A stretch of DNA of 64,000 nt. Origin: Phycisphaerales bacterium (lineage in GTDB: Bacteria; Planctomycetota; Phycisphaerae; WQYP01). The position numbers and the translations under genes were made by a program. The DNA is taken from assembly GCA_027451365.1 (NCBI GenBank), contig DAIDJN010000059.1:1-64000 (forward strand), written 5' to 3'. Positions 29,309 to 39,696 of the stretch are shown piece by piece; positions within the stretch are counted from its first letter, which is position 1, and every line of letters starts with the position of its first letter. The notes below the pieces were generated by a model that saw only the letters and a list, made by a program, of their open reading frames with translations, did not search any database and had not been told where the DNA came from.

Positions 29309-30163
29309 TCAGCGAATCAGGTAAAGCAGAGGGAACAGGAACATCCATACCATGTCCACAATGCCCCAATACATACCGACAAAATCAACCGGGTTGTAGT
29401 AGCCCGGACCAAAATCTCCCCGAAGGCTGCGCACCAGCAGCCAGCCCATCAAAATCACTCCGATTATCACGTGAATGGAGTGGAGGCCTGTCATGAGAAA
29501 ATATATTCCAAAGAAAATCTGCACATTATGCGGTTCAGGAATCAGCGGCACGGTGGGGGTTGCCGCATGTTTGGCCGCTACACCCGCGGGTCCGATGCTT
29601 GCGGGCATAATCGCTGAATGAGCCGTGATATAGCCTTGCGCCGCCAAGAGTCGCAGATTGGCATAGGAACCGGGTGCGCCGGCCGTTGCGGTCGGTGCCG
29701 GCTTTTCGATCTTGGGAGCGTAATTTGTTCCCCAAAGAAGCTTCTGCTGATATTTTTCGAAATATTCATCCGCGTGAATAGCAATGAATGTCAGCCCGCC
29801 CAGCATGGTCAGCACCAGACATATCGCCAGAAGCGCGGTTTTCCCGGTTTGTGCGAAACGAACTCCCAGCGCCATCGTCAATCCGCTGGTCAGCAGGACA
29901 AGCGTGTTAATCAGCCCGCTGGTCGGGTCCAGATATTGCGATGCAAACTGGAAAATTTCCGGATGCAACGCTCGGTACACGGCATACGCGCAGAACAAAC
30001 CGCTGAACAGCAGAAGTTCCGTTGTTAAAAACAGCCACATGCCGAGTTTGCCGGAATCAAACTGCTGCTGAGGTGTATCAAAATGATGCGCCAGATGCTT
30101 CCGCACCACCGCTTGGTCCACTGCGGGCGCTGCTGTCGGACTGATTGCTTCACTCATGGTCAC
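29309..30163 (-). CDS. ctaE: Cytochrome c oxidase subunit III
   Basis: LGMWLFL.TE...F.GLF, NT.VLLTS, YFLMTGLH..HV and MYW..VD.VW.FLFPLLYL motifs. Confidence 0.93.
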   Translation of the reverse strand: MTMSEAISPTAAPAVDQAVVRKHLAHHFDTPQQQFDSGKLGMWLFLTTELLLFSGLFCAYAVYRALHPEIFQFASQYLDPTSGLINTLVLLTSGLTMALGVRFAQTGKTALLAICLVLTMLGGLTFIAIHADEYFEKYQQKLLWGTNYAPKIEKPAPTATAGAPGSYANLRLLAAQGYITAHSAIMPASIGPAGVAAKHAATPTVPLIPEPHNVQIFFGIYFLMTGLHSIHVIIGVILMGWLLVRSLRGDFGPGYYNPVDFVGMYWGIVDMVWMFLFPLLYLIR

Positions 30164-30259
30164 TCACTGCTTTCCTGGGTCTGTTTGCCGCACGCCCGTA
30201 CGCGGACGCGGTGTTCATTGCCGCAATCGTTTTTCGCTGATCCATCAGCGGCCGATTGT

Positions 30260-31987
30260 TTAGTGGTCCACATGGTGCGGACCTACATGTTCTTCGGTCT
30301 GCACATATCCACCAATCGCCGGATCGAATTGCAGATGCGAATAATCATATGGATCGTAATGATCTCCAATCACGGGAATCGTATCAAAGTTGTCCGTCGG
30401 CGGGGGGGATGAAGTGGTCCATTCCAATGAGCCGCTGCCCCATGGGTTGACCGGGGCCTTCTTGCCGCGGAACAGGGAATGCAGCAGGTAGGCCGCCATA
30501 ATCAAAAACGCAACAAGTTGAATATACGCTCCTATCGTCGAAGCAACCATGTAAGGCTGATACTTCGGCAGGTAGCTTGCGTAACGCCGCGGCATGCCAT
30601 AGGCACCGACCATCAATTGCGGGAAAAACGTGAGGTTCACGCCGACAAACAGCATCACACAGGCGATTCTTGCCCAGAATTCATTGTACATTTTGCCAAA
30701 CATTTTTGGCCACCAGTAATGAATGCCGCCCAGCAACGCAATAATCGTGCCGCCAAACATCACGTAATGGAAATGGCCCACCACGAAATAGGTATCATGC
30801 AGCACCACATCTTCCGCCAGCGCCCCCAACACCACGCCGGTGAATCCACCGATGGTAAACAGGATAATAAATGAAAGGGCATACAGCATCGGCGTATCAA
30901 GCTGGATAGCGCCTTTGTACATCGTCGCCAGCCAGTTCCAGACCTTGACCGCCGACGGAACCGCAACCAGGAAGGTAAGGAAGCTGAAAATTGCATCAAG
31001 CTCAGCGGACTGACCATTGACAAACAAATGATGGCCCCAGACCATAAATCCGATCAGCGCAATGGCCAGCGAACTGAACGCAATAAACTCATAACCGAAA
31101 ATGTGCTTGCGGCTGAAGGTTGGCACGATTTCCGAAATAATGCCCATGGCCGGCAAAATCATGATATACACCGCCGGATGCGAATAGAACCAGAAAAAGT
31201 GCTGGAAAAGCACTGGATTTCCCCCGAGTGCCGGATTAAAAATGCCGATGCCCATAACCCGTTCTACGATCAGCAGCAGCAGCGTGACTCCCAGCACCGG
31301 CGTTGCCGCCACCTGAATTACAGCGGTGGCATACGTGGCCCACAGGAACAGCGGCATGCGGAACCAGGTCATGCCATGCGGGCGAAGTTTGTGAATTGTC
31401 ACGATGAAATTCAATCCCGTGAAAATCGAGCTGAAACCGAGGAGAAATATGCCCGATACCATCAGCACGACATAGGTGGATGTATCAATGCTATAAGGAG
31501 TGTAAAAAGTCCATCCCGTGTCTACGGCACCCATAATGGTGGATGCAATAGCCAGCAGCGCACCGAAAATGTAAAGCCAGAAGCTGAACAGGTTCAGCCG
31601 CGGAAAGGCCACATCCTTGGCACCCAGCATTAACGGAAGGGCAAAATTGCCCAAGGCACCGGGAATCATCGGCACCAGCACCATGAACACCATAATGATG
31701 CCGTGCAGCGTAAACACCTGGTTGTAATGCTTGTATGCGGTGTAACTGGATTGAATGGTCCCTGTGCCGTGAAATATCAAACCCGTCGGCACCAGCAACT
31801 GCGTTCGTACCACTTCCGCCAGCATGCCGCCGATAAAAAACAGCGTCAGGCCGGCCGTCAGATACATCAGGCCGATCCGCTTATGATCAAGTGTGAACAG
31901 CCACGACCAGATCGTGTTGGTTTGATTCAGGTAATTCTTCTTTTTGCCGACCGCGAGGTCCGCTTCGCGAATGCTCATGGTAGTCAT
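30260..31987 (-). CDS. ctaD: Cytochrome c oxidase subunit I, A2 subfamily
   Basis: DHKRIG, HG (heme a), DVAFPRLN (D-channel Asp), [10 protein letters not shown] (YS = A2 signature), VWGHH, AVK (K-channel) and HFHYV. Confidence 0.97.
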   Translation of the reverse strand: MTTMSIREADLAVGKKKNYLNQTNTIWSWLFTLDHKRIGLMYLTAGLTLFFIGGMLAEVVRTQLLVPTGLIFHGTGTIQSSYTAYKHYNQVFTLHGIIMVFMVLVPMIPGALGNFALPLMLGAKDVAFPRLNLFSFWLYIFGALLAIASTIMGAVDTGWTFYTPYSIDTSTYVVLMVSGIFLLGFSSIFTGLNFIVTIHKLRPHGMTWFRMPLFLWATYATAVIQVAATPVLGVTLLLLIVERVMGIGIFNPALGGNPVLFQHFFWFYSHPAVYIMILPAMGIISEIVPTFSRKHIFGYEFIAFSSLAIALIGFMVWGHHLFVNGQSAELDAIFSFLTFLVAVPSAVKVWNWLATMYKGAIQLDTPMLYALSFIILFTIGGFTGVVLGALAEDVVLHDTYFVVGHFHYVMFGGTIIALLGGIHYWWPKMFGKMYNEFWARIACVMLFVGVNLTFFPQLMVGAYGMPRRYASYLPKYQPYMVASTIGAYIQLVAFLIMAAYLLHSLFRGKKAPVNPWGSGSLEWTTSSPPPTDNFDTIPVIGDHYDPYDYSHLQFDPAIGGYVQTEEHVGPHHVDH

Positions 31988-32041
31988 TTGGCAACTCCGT
32001 TCTTATCGGCATCGTGGTGCAAACGATGCGCCAATTTCTTA

Positions 32042-33544
32042 TCATTTAGCCGCAGGCGGTTCCGTTGCCGCGCTGCGCCTGTCGCTTAATGAATTAATAT
32101 ACCAGATGATCGCATCCAGTTTTTTCGTTTGTTTCGCTCCGCCGGCCAATTGCGCCGCATACATGGCGGGCATAATAGGGGAATAAGTTTTCACTATCAG
32201 TTGGTCGGGGTTGATGATCATATCGCGAAGGAATCCATAATTCGCAATTTCGGTTTTGCCGTTGGTCAGCGCCTGCGGGTAGCCGGCAAGGTTTTTCCAG
32301 GAGGGACCAACCAGATGCGTTCCATTTACGGTATGGCAGGAATTACAACCCATTGAAAAATACAGCTTTTTTCCCATGGCCACCATCGCCGCTGGCAGGG
32401 GGGGGGAATTGGCCGCTGCCGAAGTCTTGGTTGTGGTGGTGCCTTGGCCACCGGCGGGCGACGCTTGGGGCGCGGCCCCCGGTATATTCGGCACCTTCGG
32501 ACGCGACGCCGCGTTGGCATGGGCGCTAAGCGTATTGATATACCAGATCATCGCATTCAGTCGCCGCTGTCGGGTATGAGCTGGTCCGGCGAAATCATTG
32601 TAGAAATCTGGCATAATATTGCCGTAGTTCTTCACCAGCTTGCGACCGGGATACAAAATCGCCTGTTTAAGATATGCATAATCCGCTATCACTGTTTGCC
32701 CGTTGGCCAGCAGCACCTGGCTGCCAGCGAGGTCTTTCCATGTCGGCCCGGTGCCTGCGCTTCCGTCTACCGTATGGCAGCCGTTGCAGCCGTAGGTGCT
32801 GTAAAGGTCTTCGCCAACTTCGGAAAGTGGTACAGCTTTTCCGTTCTTCACCCAAATATTAGCGGCGGCCTTGAGATATTCGTTGAACTCTTCCGGCGCG
32901 GCGACGATTACCGGCGACCGCATCAGCGAATGGCCATTGCCGCAATATTCCGCACATTGCAGTTCATAATGCCCCACGCGTGTCGGCTTGACCCAGATCG
33001 TCATCACGCGGCCGGGTACCACATCCTTCTGAATCGAAAGGCTCGGAATCCAGAAGCCGTGCAGCACATCCGATGAAGTCATCGAAAGCTTCACCGCCCG
33101 ATTCACCGGAAGATACAGCGTGCTTGATACGGCATGGTTCGGATAGGTGAAGGTCCAAGCCCATTTCTGCGCTTTAACGCCAATGTTATACGCGTTTGTC
33201 GGAGGGACGTTCATGTTCATGTAATACTTGAAACCAAGCGCAAAAATAACCATGACAATAATCAGCGGAATAATTGTCCAGGTTATTTCCAACGGCATGT
33301 TGTGGTCGGGGGATGGATCGGCGTGCTGGCGCGACGGCGTCCGCCGGTAGCGAATGCAAAAATAGACCGTCAATACCGTAATTAATGCGGTGAAGAAGAT
33401 CGTTATTACAAAGAACAATATCCACAGGAATCGCACCTCCGGGCTGAAGGTGGATGCACCTTTGGGCAGCCACCAGTCGCCCGCGATGCGCGACAGCGAT
33501 TGAAGCGATGGGGACAGTGCGTGGATTGAATTTAACAGATTCAA
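32042..33544 (-). CDS. ctaC: Cytochrome c oxidase subunit II with two C-terminal cytochrome c domains
   Basis: Two TM, LEITWT, CuA motif DVLH...CAEYCGNGHSLM, then CNGCH...MP and CNSCH...MP domains. Confidence 0.95.
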   Translation of the reverse strand: MNLLNSIHALSPSLQSLSRIAGDWWLPKGASTFSPEVRFLWILFFVITIFFTALITVLTVYFCIRYRRTPSRQHADPSPDHNMPLEITWTIIPLIIVMVIFALGFKYYMNMNVPPTNAYNIGVKAQKWAWTFTYPNHAVSSTLYLPVNRAVKLSMTSSDVLHGFWIPSLSIQKDVVPGRVMTIWVKPTRVGHYELQCAEYCGNGHSLMRSPVIVAAPEEFNEYLKAAANIWVKNGKAVPLSEVGEDLYSTYGCNGCHTVDGSAGTGPTWKDLAGSQVLLANGQTVIADYAYLKQAILYPGRKLVKNYGNIMPDFYNDFAGPAHTRQRRLNAMIWYINTLSAHANAASRPKVPNIPGAAPQASPAGGQGTTTTKTSAAANSPPLPAAMVAMGKKLYFSMGCNSCHTVNGTHLVGPSWKNLAGYPQALTNGKTEIANYGFLRDMIINPDQLIVKTYSPIMPAMYAAQLAGGAKQTKKLDAIIWYINSLSDRRSAATEPPAAK

Positions 33545-34455
33545 GGTTTTGCTCCCGTGGCAGACGGACCGCGATGCTTATGTTCCCAATAAAACAGTGA
33601 CCCGAACATGGCTCCCAGGCCCACCACAACGGCTACCCCCGCCAGCGTCATCACGCGAAGGGCAATCGGCGTGTATTTGCCGGTATTCGGATTAAATTGA
33701 CAGCATAAAAGCAGTATCTGATCAAAAATATTGGTAATTCGATTGTCGCCCGCTTGCACCAATGCCAGATTCACATTGGCGGGGTTGTATTTAATGCCAA
33801 AAAAATAATTGGAAAGTCGTCCACCAGGGGTGCAAATATATATGCACGCTGCATGGTTGTATTGCCCCAGTGCTGGATAATACACATAGTGAAATCCGAC
33901 CGCTTTGGTTATCTTTGCAATCGCAGCCTGATTTCCCACCAGAAAATGCCAGTGTTTTTCCAAACCGGCCGCATCGGACGACGCCGCCATGTAGCTGGCT
34001 TTTTTCAGCCGGGCGGCGTGGGGTGTATCCGTGGGGTCGAAGCTTATGGTTATGACATCATAATCTGACCCGATGCGGGCCGAAATTTTGTTAAGAGTGT
34101 GAACCAGACCCATCTGAACAAAATTGCATACGCCAGGGCAGCGAAAATATACAAAATCCAGAATGACCGGACGGCCTTTGTGAAAATAATCACCAAGCCG
34201 GACCTGCTGGCCGTGGCTGTTCGTGAATTCAAGGCTCAGTGGTAACTTTCCACCAGGATGTGGGGATATGCCCGCATGGACGCTATCTCGCGCGGTTTGA
34301 ACCGCATTCTGAATCGAGTTAAAATCCGCTTTGGCGGGGCTTGCACCAAAGACGCCAATCGTCAATCCCCCGATGGCCAGCCAAAGCGCAGCACCGATTC
34401 CAAAGCGACCTCGCCGCTTGGGTATCAGTTCATTCTGCACCCTTTTCTGTACCAT
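33541..34455 (-). CDS. SCO1/SenC-family copper chaperone
   Basis: YFRCPGVC (CxxxC), SFDP.DTP, WHFL.G, distal His (YNHAA) and a C-terminal TM. Confidence 0.92.
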   Translation of the reverse strand: MVQKRVQNELIPKRRGRFGIGAALWLAIGGLTIGVFGASPAKADFNSIQNAVQTARDSVHAGISPHPGGKLPLSLEFTNSHGQQVRLGDYFHKGRPVILDFVYFRCPGVCNFVQMGLVHTLNKISARIGSDYDVITISFDPTDTPHAARLKKASYMAASSDAAGLEKHWHFLVGNQAAIAKITKAVGFHYVYYPALGQYNHAACIYICTPGGRLSNYFFGIKYNPANVNLALVQAGDNRITNIFDQILLLCCQFNPNTGKYTPIALRVMTLAGVAVVVGLGAMFGSLFYWEHKHRGPSATGAKP

Positions 34456-34663
34456 ATCGTTAAATGTTCCTTTGTCTTTTTGGCCCGGCGCAATCTGAAA
34501 CCGGCTGTTTAAAACCCGGATTGCTCTATTGGCCGGTCATTACCGCAACGCCTCTGATTATAGCCGCCAGAATCTTCAAAAACGGATCAGGACTCCTTTT
34601 TCGTCAGCCACAGGCAACTGGCCTGTGCGGCAGCGGTGCCGCTTCCCATTTGTTCCTATTTTA

Positions 34664-35428
34664 TCATTTTGCCGGGCCATCTGGAACTGGTGGCTGCGTG
34701 GCTTTACTGGATTTATTACTCAAAGTATTAATGTACCAGATAATGGCATTCAGCTTGGTTTCATGCGGATGTTTTGGACCGGAAAGTTGTGCCGCATACA
34801 TCGCGGGCATTATGGGAGGAACCCCTTTGACCACAAGTTTATTCGGATGCAGAATCATATACCGCATAAACTTATAATCCGCGACTACCGTCTTGCCATT
34901 CGTAAGCGCTTGCGGATAACCCGCCAGGTTCTTCCAGGTGGGACCAACCAAGGCCTTGCCATTTACCGTGTGGCACGCATTGCAGCCCATGGAAACATAA
35001 AGTTTGGCTCCTAGAATGTGCAAGGCAACTTTCGGAGCGGGGGCACCGGTCAACATTTTTTCCGGCTTTGTGGCCAATAATACCGGCGGCAATGCGGTGT
35101 TGTATTCTGCTAATTCCATATCGGTTGCCAGGGCTACGCCAACCGTCGCCTTTTTATGTGAAAAGCTCGTCCAGTGCGGCTGCAAATCAGCCAATTGTCG
35201 GGCCTCAATTTTCGCGGCCCAATCGCCAACCGACGCCATTCGTTCCCGTTGAACCTCATGACGGTAATGGTGGAAATAGGCGGAAACCGCAATAATCAGA
35301 AATGCGACAAACAACACCAGAAATGTGCCAATAAGGATGATACTTTTGGCATCTGTTCCGTCATTGGAAACAGAATTCGGATGTGCCTTCGCAATCGGGT
35401 CATGGTGTGGTTGGTTTGATTCAGACAT
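34664..35428 (-). CDS. ActG-like single-TM protein fused to a monoheme cytochrome c
   Basis: Lies directly after actF; one TM plus a short helical domain, then CNACH...MPAM. The ActG identity is positional inference. Confidence 0.75.
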   Translation of the reverse strand: MSESNQPHHDPIAKAHPNSVSNDGTDAKSIILIGTFLVLFVAFLIIAVSAYFHHYRHEVQRERMASVGDWAAKIEARQLADLQPHWTSFSHKKATVGVALATDMELAEYNTALPPVLLATKPEKMLTGAPAPKVALHILGAKLYVSMGCNACHTVNGKALVGPTWKNLAGYPQALTNGKTVVADYKFMRYMILHPNKLVVKGVPPIMPAMYAAQLSGPKHPHETKLNAIIWYINTLSNKSSKATQPPVPDGPAK

Positions 35429-35436
35429 AGGTCACC

Positions 35437-36759
35437 TCAAAAATTTTCAAACGCAAGGGATTCCGGAAGCTTTGGATCCTTAAGCGGAAGCAGTGATCCG
35501 CGTTGCAGTAAATAGCAAGTATGCGCCATAAACAATGAACCAATTCCCATCAGGCACAGCAAACTTGTTGCCAACGCCATCGGGTGCAGCGGCAGCCAGG
35601 CAATTTTCGCCAAATCGTGTGGCAGCACATACGGATTAAATTTGTGAATACCCGCCATCGCTTTTTGTCCGATTTTTGTCGCCGACCATACCTGAGGCTG
35701 GATTTGCTCAAAAAAGTCCAGATAGGCAAAGAATAGCAGCCATATACACCAGAACGCCAGCAATGGCTTTTTTCGCTTGGACTGTCGTGGCAGCATTCCG
35801 AAAAGCGGAATAATAAAGTGCCCAAGGAACAATGCAATCGTCAGCACCAGCCATGGGCCCATGTCGCGAACAAGATAGTTGAGAGTTTCATCCGGCTTGT
35901 TGGCGTACCAGATAAGCATGTACTGGGCAAATCCCAGATAGGTCCAGAACATGGCCCAGGCGAAAAGCCAGCGGCCCATATCCTCGTAATGCTCCGCACT
36001 TACCGCGTTCTTGAGCCTTCCGCCCGCCTGCAGGATCATCGTCAGAAGAGGAAGAACCGCATAAATCATCATCGCGGTGGCGGCGAAGAAGAACCCAGGA
36101 TCAATATACGTAATCCATGTTGGTTCCAGTGTCATAAGCAGGTCGGCACCCGCCATGTTTATCACCCAGAATATAGTCAGGTAGCACCAGGCGGAATTCC
36201 ATTGCAGGGTCAGCAGACGCCTGACCTTGCCATCCTGATCCTGTTTGAGCGAAGCAAATCGCATGTACACGCTGATTCCGATAAGGGCAACGGCGTAAAG
36301 CGCCATCCGGATGTAGAAAAACTGCGGATTCAGATAGCCGATCTTGTTGTGCAGGTCCGGCGTGGAATTCATGTACGTGGCGCTCATCCAAGGATACAAC
36401 TGCCGCATTCCGAAAATGATCGGGATAAACAGCACCAGCAGGGGCACAAAATTTCCCGCCAGTCCTTCGGCCAGTCGGCGAACCACCACACTCCAGGTTG
36501 ACCGGAATAAATGATGCCCGATTACAAACAACAATGCGCTCGCACCGATGGCAAAACAGAATACCCACGCCGTCAGGTAGCTGAAAAAGAATTGGCGCAG
36601 ATGGTCGTGCATCGCCATGCCAAGACCGAAAGCAATGCCCAGCGAAATCACCCCTAAGGCACCAAAAATGCCCATCCACCGGGTGCCGGCGCTTTCCAGG
36701 TATAACTCTTCACGAGTTCCCAGTCTGATGACCTGTTCTGATGATTCACTCATGGTCAC
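35437..36759 (-). CDS. actF: Alternative complex III subunit F
   Basis: About 10 TM; FFFSYL, WSVVVRRLAE, LYPW, YLN..FF.IR, FWTYL.FAQYMLIWYAN.P.E. Confidence 0.9.
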   Translation of the reverse strand: MTMSESSEQVIRLGTREELYLESAGTRWMGIFGALGVISLGIAFGLGMAMHDHLRQFFFSYLTAWVFCFAIGASALLFVIGHHLFRSTWSVVVRRLAEGLAGNFVPLLVLFIPIIFGMRQLYPWMSATYMNSTPDLHNKIGYLNPQFFYIRMALYAVALIGISVYMRFASLKQDQDGKVRRLLTLQWNSAWCYLTIFWVINMAGADLLMTLEPTWITYIDPGFFFAATAMMIYAVLPLLTMILQAGGRLKNAVSAEHYEDMGRWLFAWAMFWTYLGFAQYMLIWYANKPDETLNYLVRDMGPWLVLTIALFLGHFIIPLFGMLPRQSKRKKPLLAFWCIWLLFFAYLDFFEQIQPQVWSATKIGQKAMAGIHKFNPYVLPHDLAKIAWLPLHPMALATSLLCLMGIGSLFMAHTCYLLQRGSLLPLKDPKLPESLAFENF

Positions 36760-36769
36760 TCATGCTCCG

Positions 36770-37552
36770 TTATTGGCCGCCTCGGGCGGGCATATCCTTT
36801 AATTCAGTTCTGGTTCCGGCAGGCAACCGCGCGGGGGCGACCACTTTTTGTGACATTCCCAACACACGGACGTAGGACACAATCGCCCAGCGGTCGACCA
36901 CGGGTATTTGATCCTTATACGCCGCCATCGCCGCAATGCCGTTTGTGATGACATTGTAGATGCCGCCATCCGGCAGGGCCTGTACACCTATCAGCGTCAG
37001 GTTACTGGGTTGAACCCATGTGCCCGCATCGCTGCTGTCGCCGCCCTGGCGAAGTTCCTTGTCATAAATATTCACCGTGCCGTTACCCTCACCGTTATAG
37101 CCGTGGCAGGGGGCACAGAATATGTCGAATTGCTCTTTACCGCGGGCAATCAGTCGCCGTGTGACCGGAATCGGAATGTGGTTGATAAAGTTCGCCTGTC
37201 CTTTGTTCAGAACCTCACCATACATGACGCGCTGATACTGGATTCCGTTCCCCAAGACCACGTGGTCTTGGGCCCAGTCCCGCGGGTGGGCTCTCTGCTC
37301 GGCCATGTTGTCAAACACAAAATCCTGCCATGCCAGCGTACCGGGAATATGTGGCCGCATGCCCCGATGATCGGCAAACAGATCACTGCTGCGCTGCGGC
37401 TTCAAATAAGCCATTTTGTCCATATCCTGAATAATCGCGATGCGCGGTATATCCGTGCGTTCATAGCGACGATCGGCGATGACGGCCAGCGGTATCAGCG
37501 CCGCCATCACGATACTGCCTATCAGGAAAAACAGCATTGCTTTGGGATTCAT
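36770..37552 (-). CDS. actE: Alternative complex III monoheme cytochrome c subunit E
   Basis: QDM, RG...F.IFCAPCHG..G.GNG and DRWAIV.YVR.L motifs. Confidence 0.9.
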   Translation of the reverse strand: MNPKAMLFFLIGSIVMAALIPLAVIADRRYERTDIPRIAIIQDMDKMAYLKPQRSSDLFADHRGMRPHIPGTLAWQDFVFDNMAEQRAHPRDWAQDHVVLGNGIQYQRVMYGEVLNKGQANFINHIPIPVTRRLIARGKEQFDIFCAPCHGYNGEGNGTVNIYDKELRQGGDSSDAGTWVQPSNLTLIGVQALPDGGIYNVITNGIAAMAAYKDQIPVVDRWAIVSYVRVLGMSQKVVAPARLPAGTRTELKDMPARGGQ

Positions 37553-37554
37553 AC

Positions 37555-38139
37555 TTAGTCCTTCACCAGTTCCACGTCCACCGCGCCCAGACCTTTCAGC
37601 AGTTCGGCGGTATTCACCGGGCTGAAACAGGGGTCCGTTGCCTCAATGGCCAGGAAAAATCCGTCGTCTGTAACCCGGCGGAACTGCGGCATTTCAAACA
37701 GCGGGTGGTGAAACCGCGGTAATCCGCAAAATACCCATACACACATGAACGCCGTAACCACACCGGAAAGTATCAGGGCCATAAATCCGACAACGGTGTG
37801 CGCGGGCAGGCCCCAATATGGTTTGCCGGAAAAAATCATCGGATAATCATACGCATTGCAAAACCACGCCAGCGCCAGCGCCCCCAGAGCGCCGGATGCC
37901 GCTGCGCCGCCCACCACCATCGGCAGAATCGATTTGGGAATCGCCATCACCCGGTCAAGCCCATGTATCGGGAAGGGTGTATAGCAGTCCCATCGGCGGT
38001 AGCCAGCCTTACGGATATCCGCGGCCGCGTCCACCAGGGCCTGCGGACTGGCGAATTCGGCCAGAACACCGAACAGCTTCGCTTTGTCCGGGTGGGCGCT
38101 TGAAGGGTTTGTATAAATGGTTGTCATTATTGATTCCAT
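37555..38139 (-). CDS. actD: Alternative complex III subunit D (DUF3341)
   Basis: LAEF, YTPFPIHGLD, DYP...SGKP, GLP..HHPLF and TDDGFFL motifs; two TM. Confidence 0.92.
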   Translation of the reverse strand: MESIMTTIYTNPSSAHPDKAKLFGVLAEFASPQALVDAAADIRKAGYRRWDCYTPFPIHGLDRVMAIPKSILPMVVGGAAASGALGALALAWFCNAYDYPMIFSGKPYWGLPAHTVVGFMALILSGVVTAFMCVWVFCGLPRFHHPLFEMPQFRRVTDDGFFLAIEATDPCFSPVNTAELLKGLGAVDVELVKD

Positions 38140-38175
38140 CCGAATTTCAACACATCGCGGCCGTTCGTGCCGGGT

Positions 38176-39606
38176 TTAAATTTTAACCCCCGCCATTTTC
38201 GGTAGGTGCACATGCGACTGCGGCAGAATGCTTTTTACCTCATACATGGCGACGACCGGCACAAACCGGCAGAATAGCAGGAATAGTGTGAAGAACAGGC
38301 CAAAACTTCCCGCCAGCATGCCGTAATCAACCCAAGTCGGCACAAAATGGTGCCACGCGGAAGGAAGAAAATCGTGCGTCATGGATCCAATGATGATCGT
38401 AAATCGTTCGCACCACATACCGGTCAGACAGAACAGTCCGATTGGCGCTGCAATCCACCACTTCGTGCGGGCATATTTGAACCAGAGAACTTGCGGGAGA
38501 ACGCCATTGAAAAACAGCATGGCCCACCCGGCCCACCAGTAGGGGCCGAACATCCAGTTCATATAAACGTAACGTTCATAAGGGTTGCCACTGTAATAGG
38601 CGATAAAAAATTCAATTAGATATATATATAGCATGATAGACGCGAAAAACAGGGTGATTTTCGCGATATTGTCCAGATGTCGGTCGGTGATCAGGCTCTT
38701 AAGACCGAAGATAGCCCGGACCGGGTACGCCAGAAACATAATCGTGGCAAAGCCGCTGAAAATTGCGCCCACCGTGAACAGGGGCGGGAAAATTGTCTCG
38801 TGCCAGCCTGGAATAAGGGAAACCGCGAAGTCCGTACTGACCGTCGAGCTGACACCAAGCACCAGGCAGGTGGCCAGACCGGCTATGACCAATAATGCGC
38901 GGTCGTAAATTTTCCAGTGTTTTGCCGAACCGCGCCAACCCATGGCCAAAATGCCAAACACCGTATGCCGCAAACGCGTGGTCGCACGATCACGCAATGT
39001 TGCAAGGTCCGGCACCATTCCCAAATACCAGAACAGAACACTGACTGTGGTATAGGTTCCCACGGCGATGGCATCCCATAACAGCGGACTGTAAAAGTTC
39101 GGCCAGTCACCCATAATGTTCGGATACGGTGCCAGCCAGTACGCCAGCCACGGACGACCAACGTGAATGGCAGGGAACACACCGGCACAAATCACTGCAA
39201 AAACCGTGGTCGCCTCGGCAAATCGGTTAATGCCGGTTCGCCACTTCTGACGGAACAGCAGCAGAATTGCGGATATAAGAGTGCCGGCATGTGCAATGCC
39301 GACCCAAAATACAAAGTTGACGATTGGGAAGCCCCACCCCTGTGGCGAATTATTACCCCATACGCCCACACCTGTGAATACTTCATAACCAATGAGCGCA
39401 AATAACAGCCCGGCCAGACTCGCTGAAAGGAAAAAGCACGGATACCAGATGGCCGGCGCTCGCGGCGCTTCAATAATCCGACTGACCAGCGATGTCACTC
39501 GCTTGTAACTCGCCTCGCCGGTCATCAGCACCGGCGGCTTCATGTCGGTTTCCCCGGTGTTGTCAAAATCGACAGGCACTGAAACTTCGTTCACTGCTAG
39601 CGTCAT
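38176..39606 (-). CDS. actC: Alternative complex III quinol-oxidising NrfD-family subunit C
   Basis: NFVFWVGIAHAGTLISAIL, INRFAE, HVGRPW, SPLLWD, PDLATLRDRA, PGWH.TIFPP and GMW.ERF motifs. Confidence 0.96.
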   Translation of the reverse strand: MTLAVNEVSVPVDFDNTGETDMKPPVLMTGEASYKRVTSLVSRIIEAPRAPAIWYPCFFLSASLAGLLFALIGYEVFTGVGVWGNNSPQGWGFPIVNFVFWVGIAHAGTLISAILLLFRQKWRTGINRFAEATTVFAVICAGVFPAIHVGRPWLAYWLAPYPNIMGDWPNFYSPLLWDAIAVGTYTTVSVLFWYLGMVPDLATLRDRATTRLRHTVFGILAMGWRGSAKHWKIYDRALLVIAGLATCLVLGVSSTVSTDFAVSLIPGWHETIFPPLFTVGAIFSGFATIMFLAYPVRAIFGLKSLITDRHLDNIAKITLFFASIMLYIYLIEFFIAYYSGNPYERYVYMNWMFGPYWWAGWAMLFFNGVLPQVLWFKYARTKWWIAAPIGLFCLTGMWCERFTIIIGSMTHDFLPSAWHHFVPTWVDYGMLAGSFGLFFTLFLLFCRFVPVVAMYEVKSILPQSHVHLPKMAGVKI

Positions 39607-39696
39607 GGGTCGAATTCCCGGTCTTTTCTAAAACTTTCTCATTCACAATTGCATGGCCGCAATCTAGCGGCCGCACACCATCGCTTGGCTGCGGAC

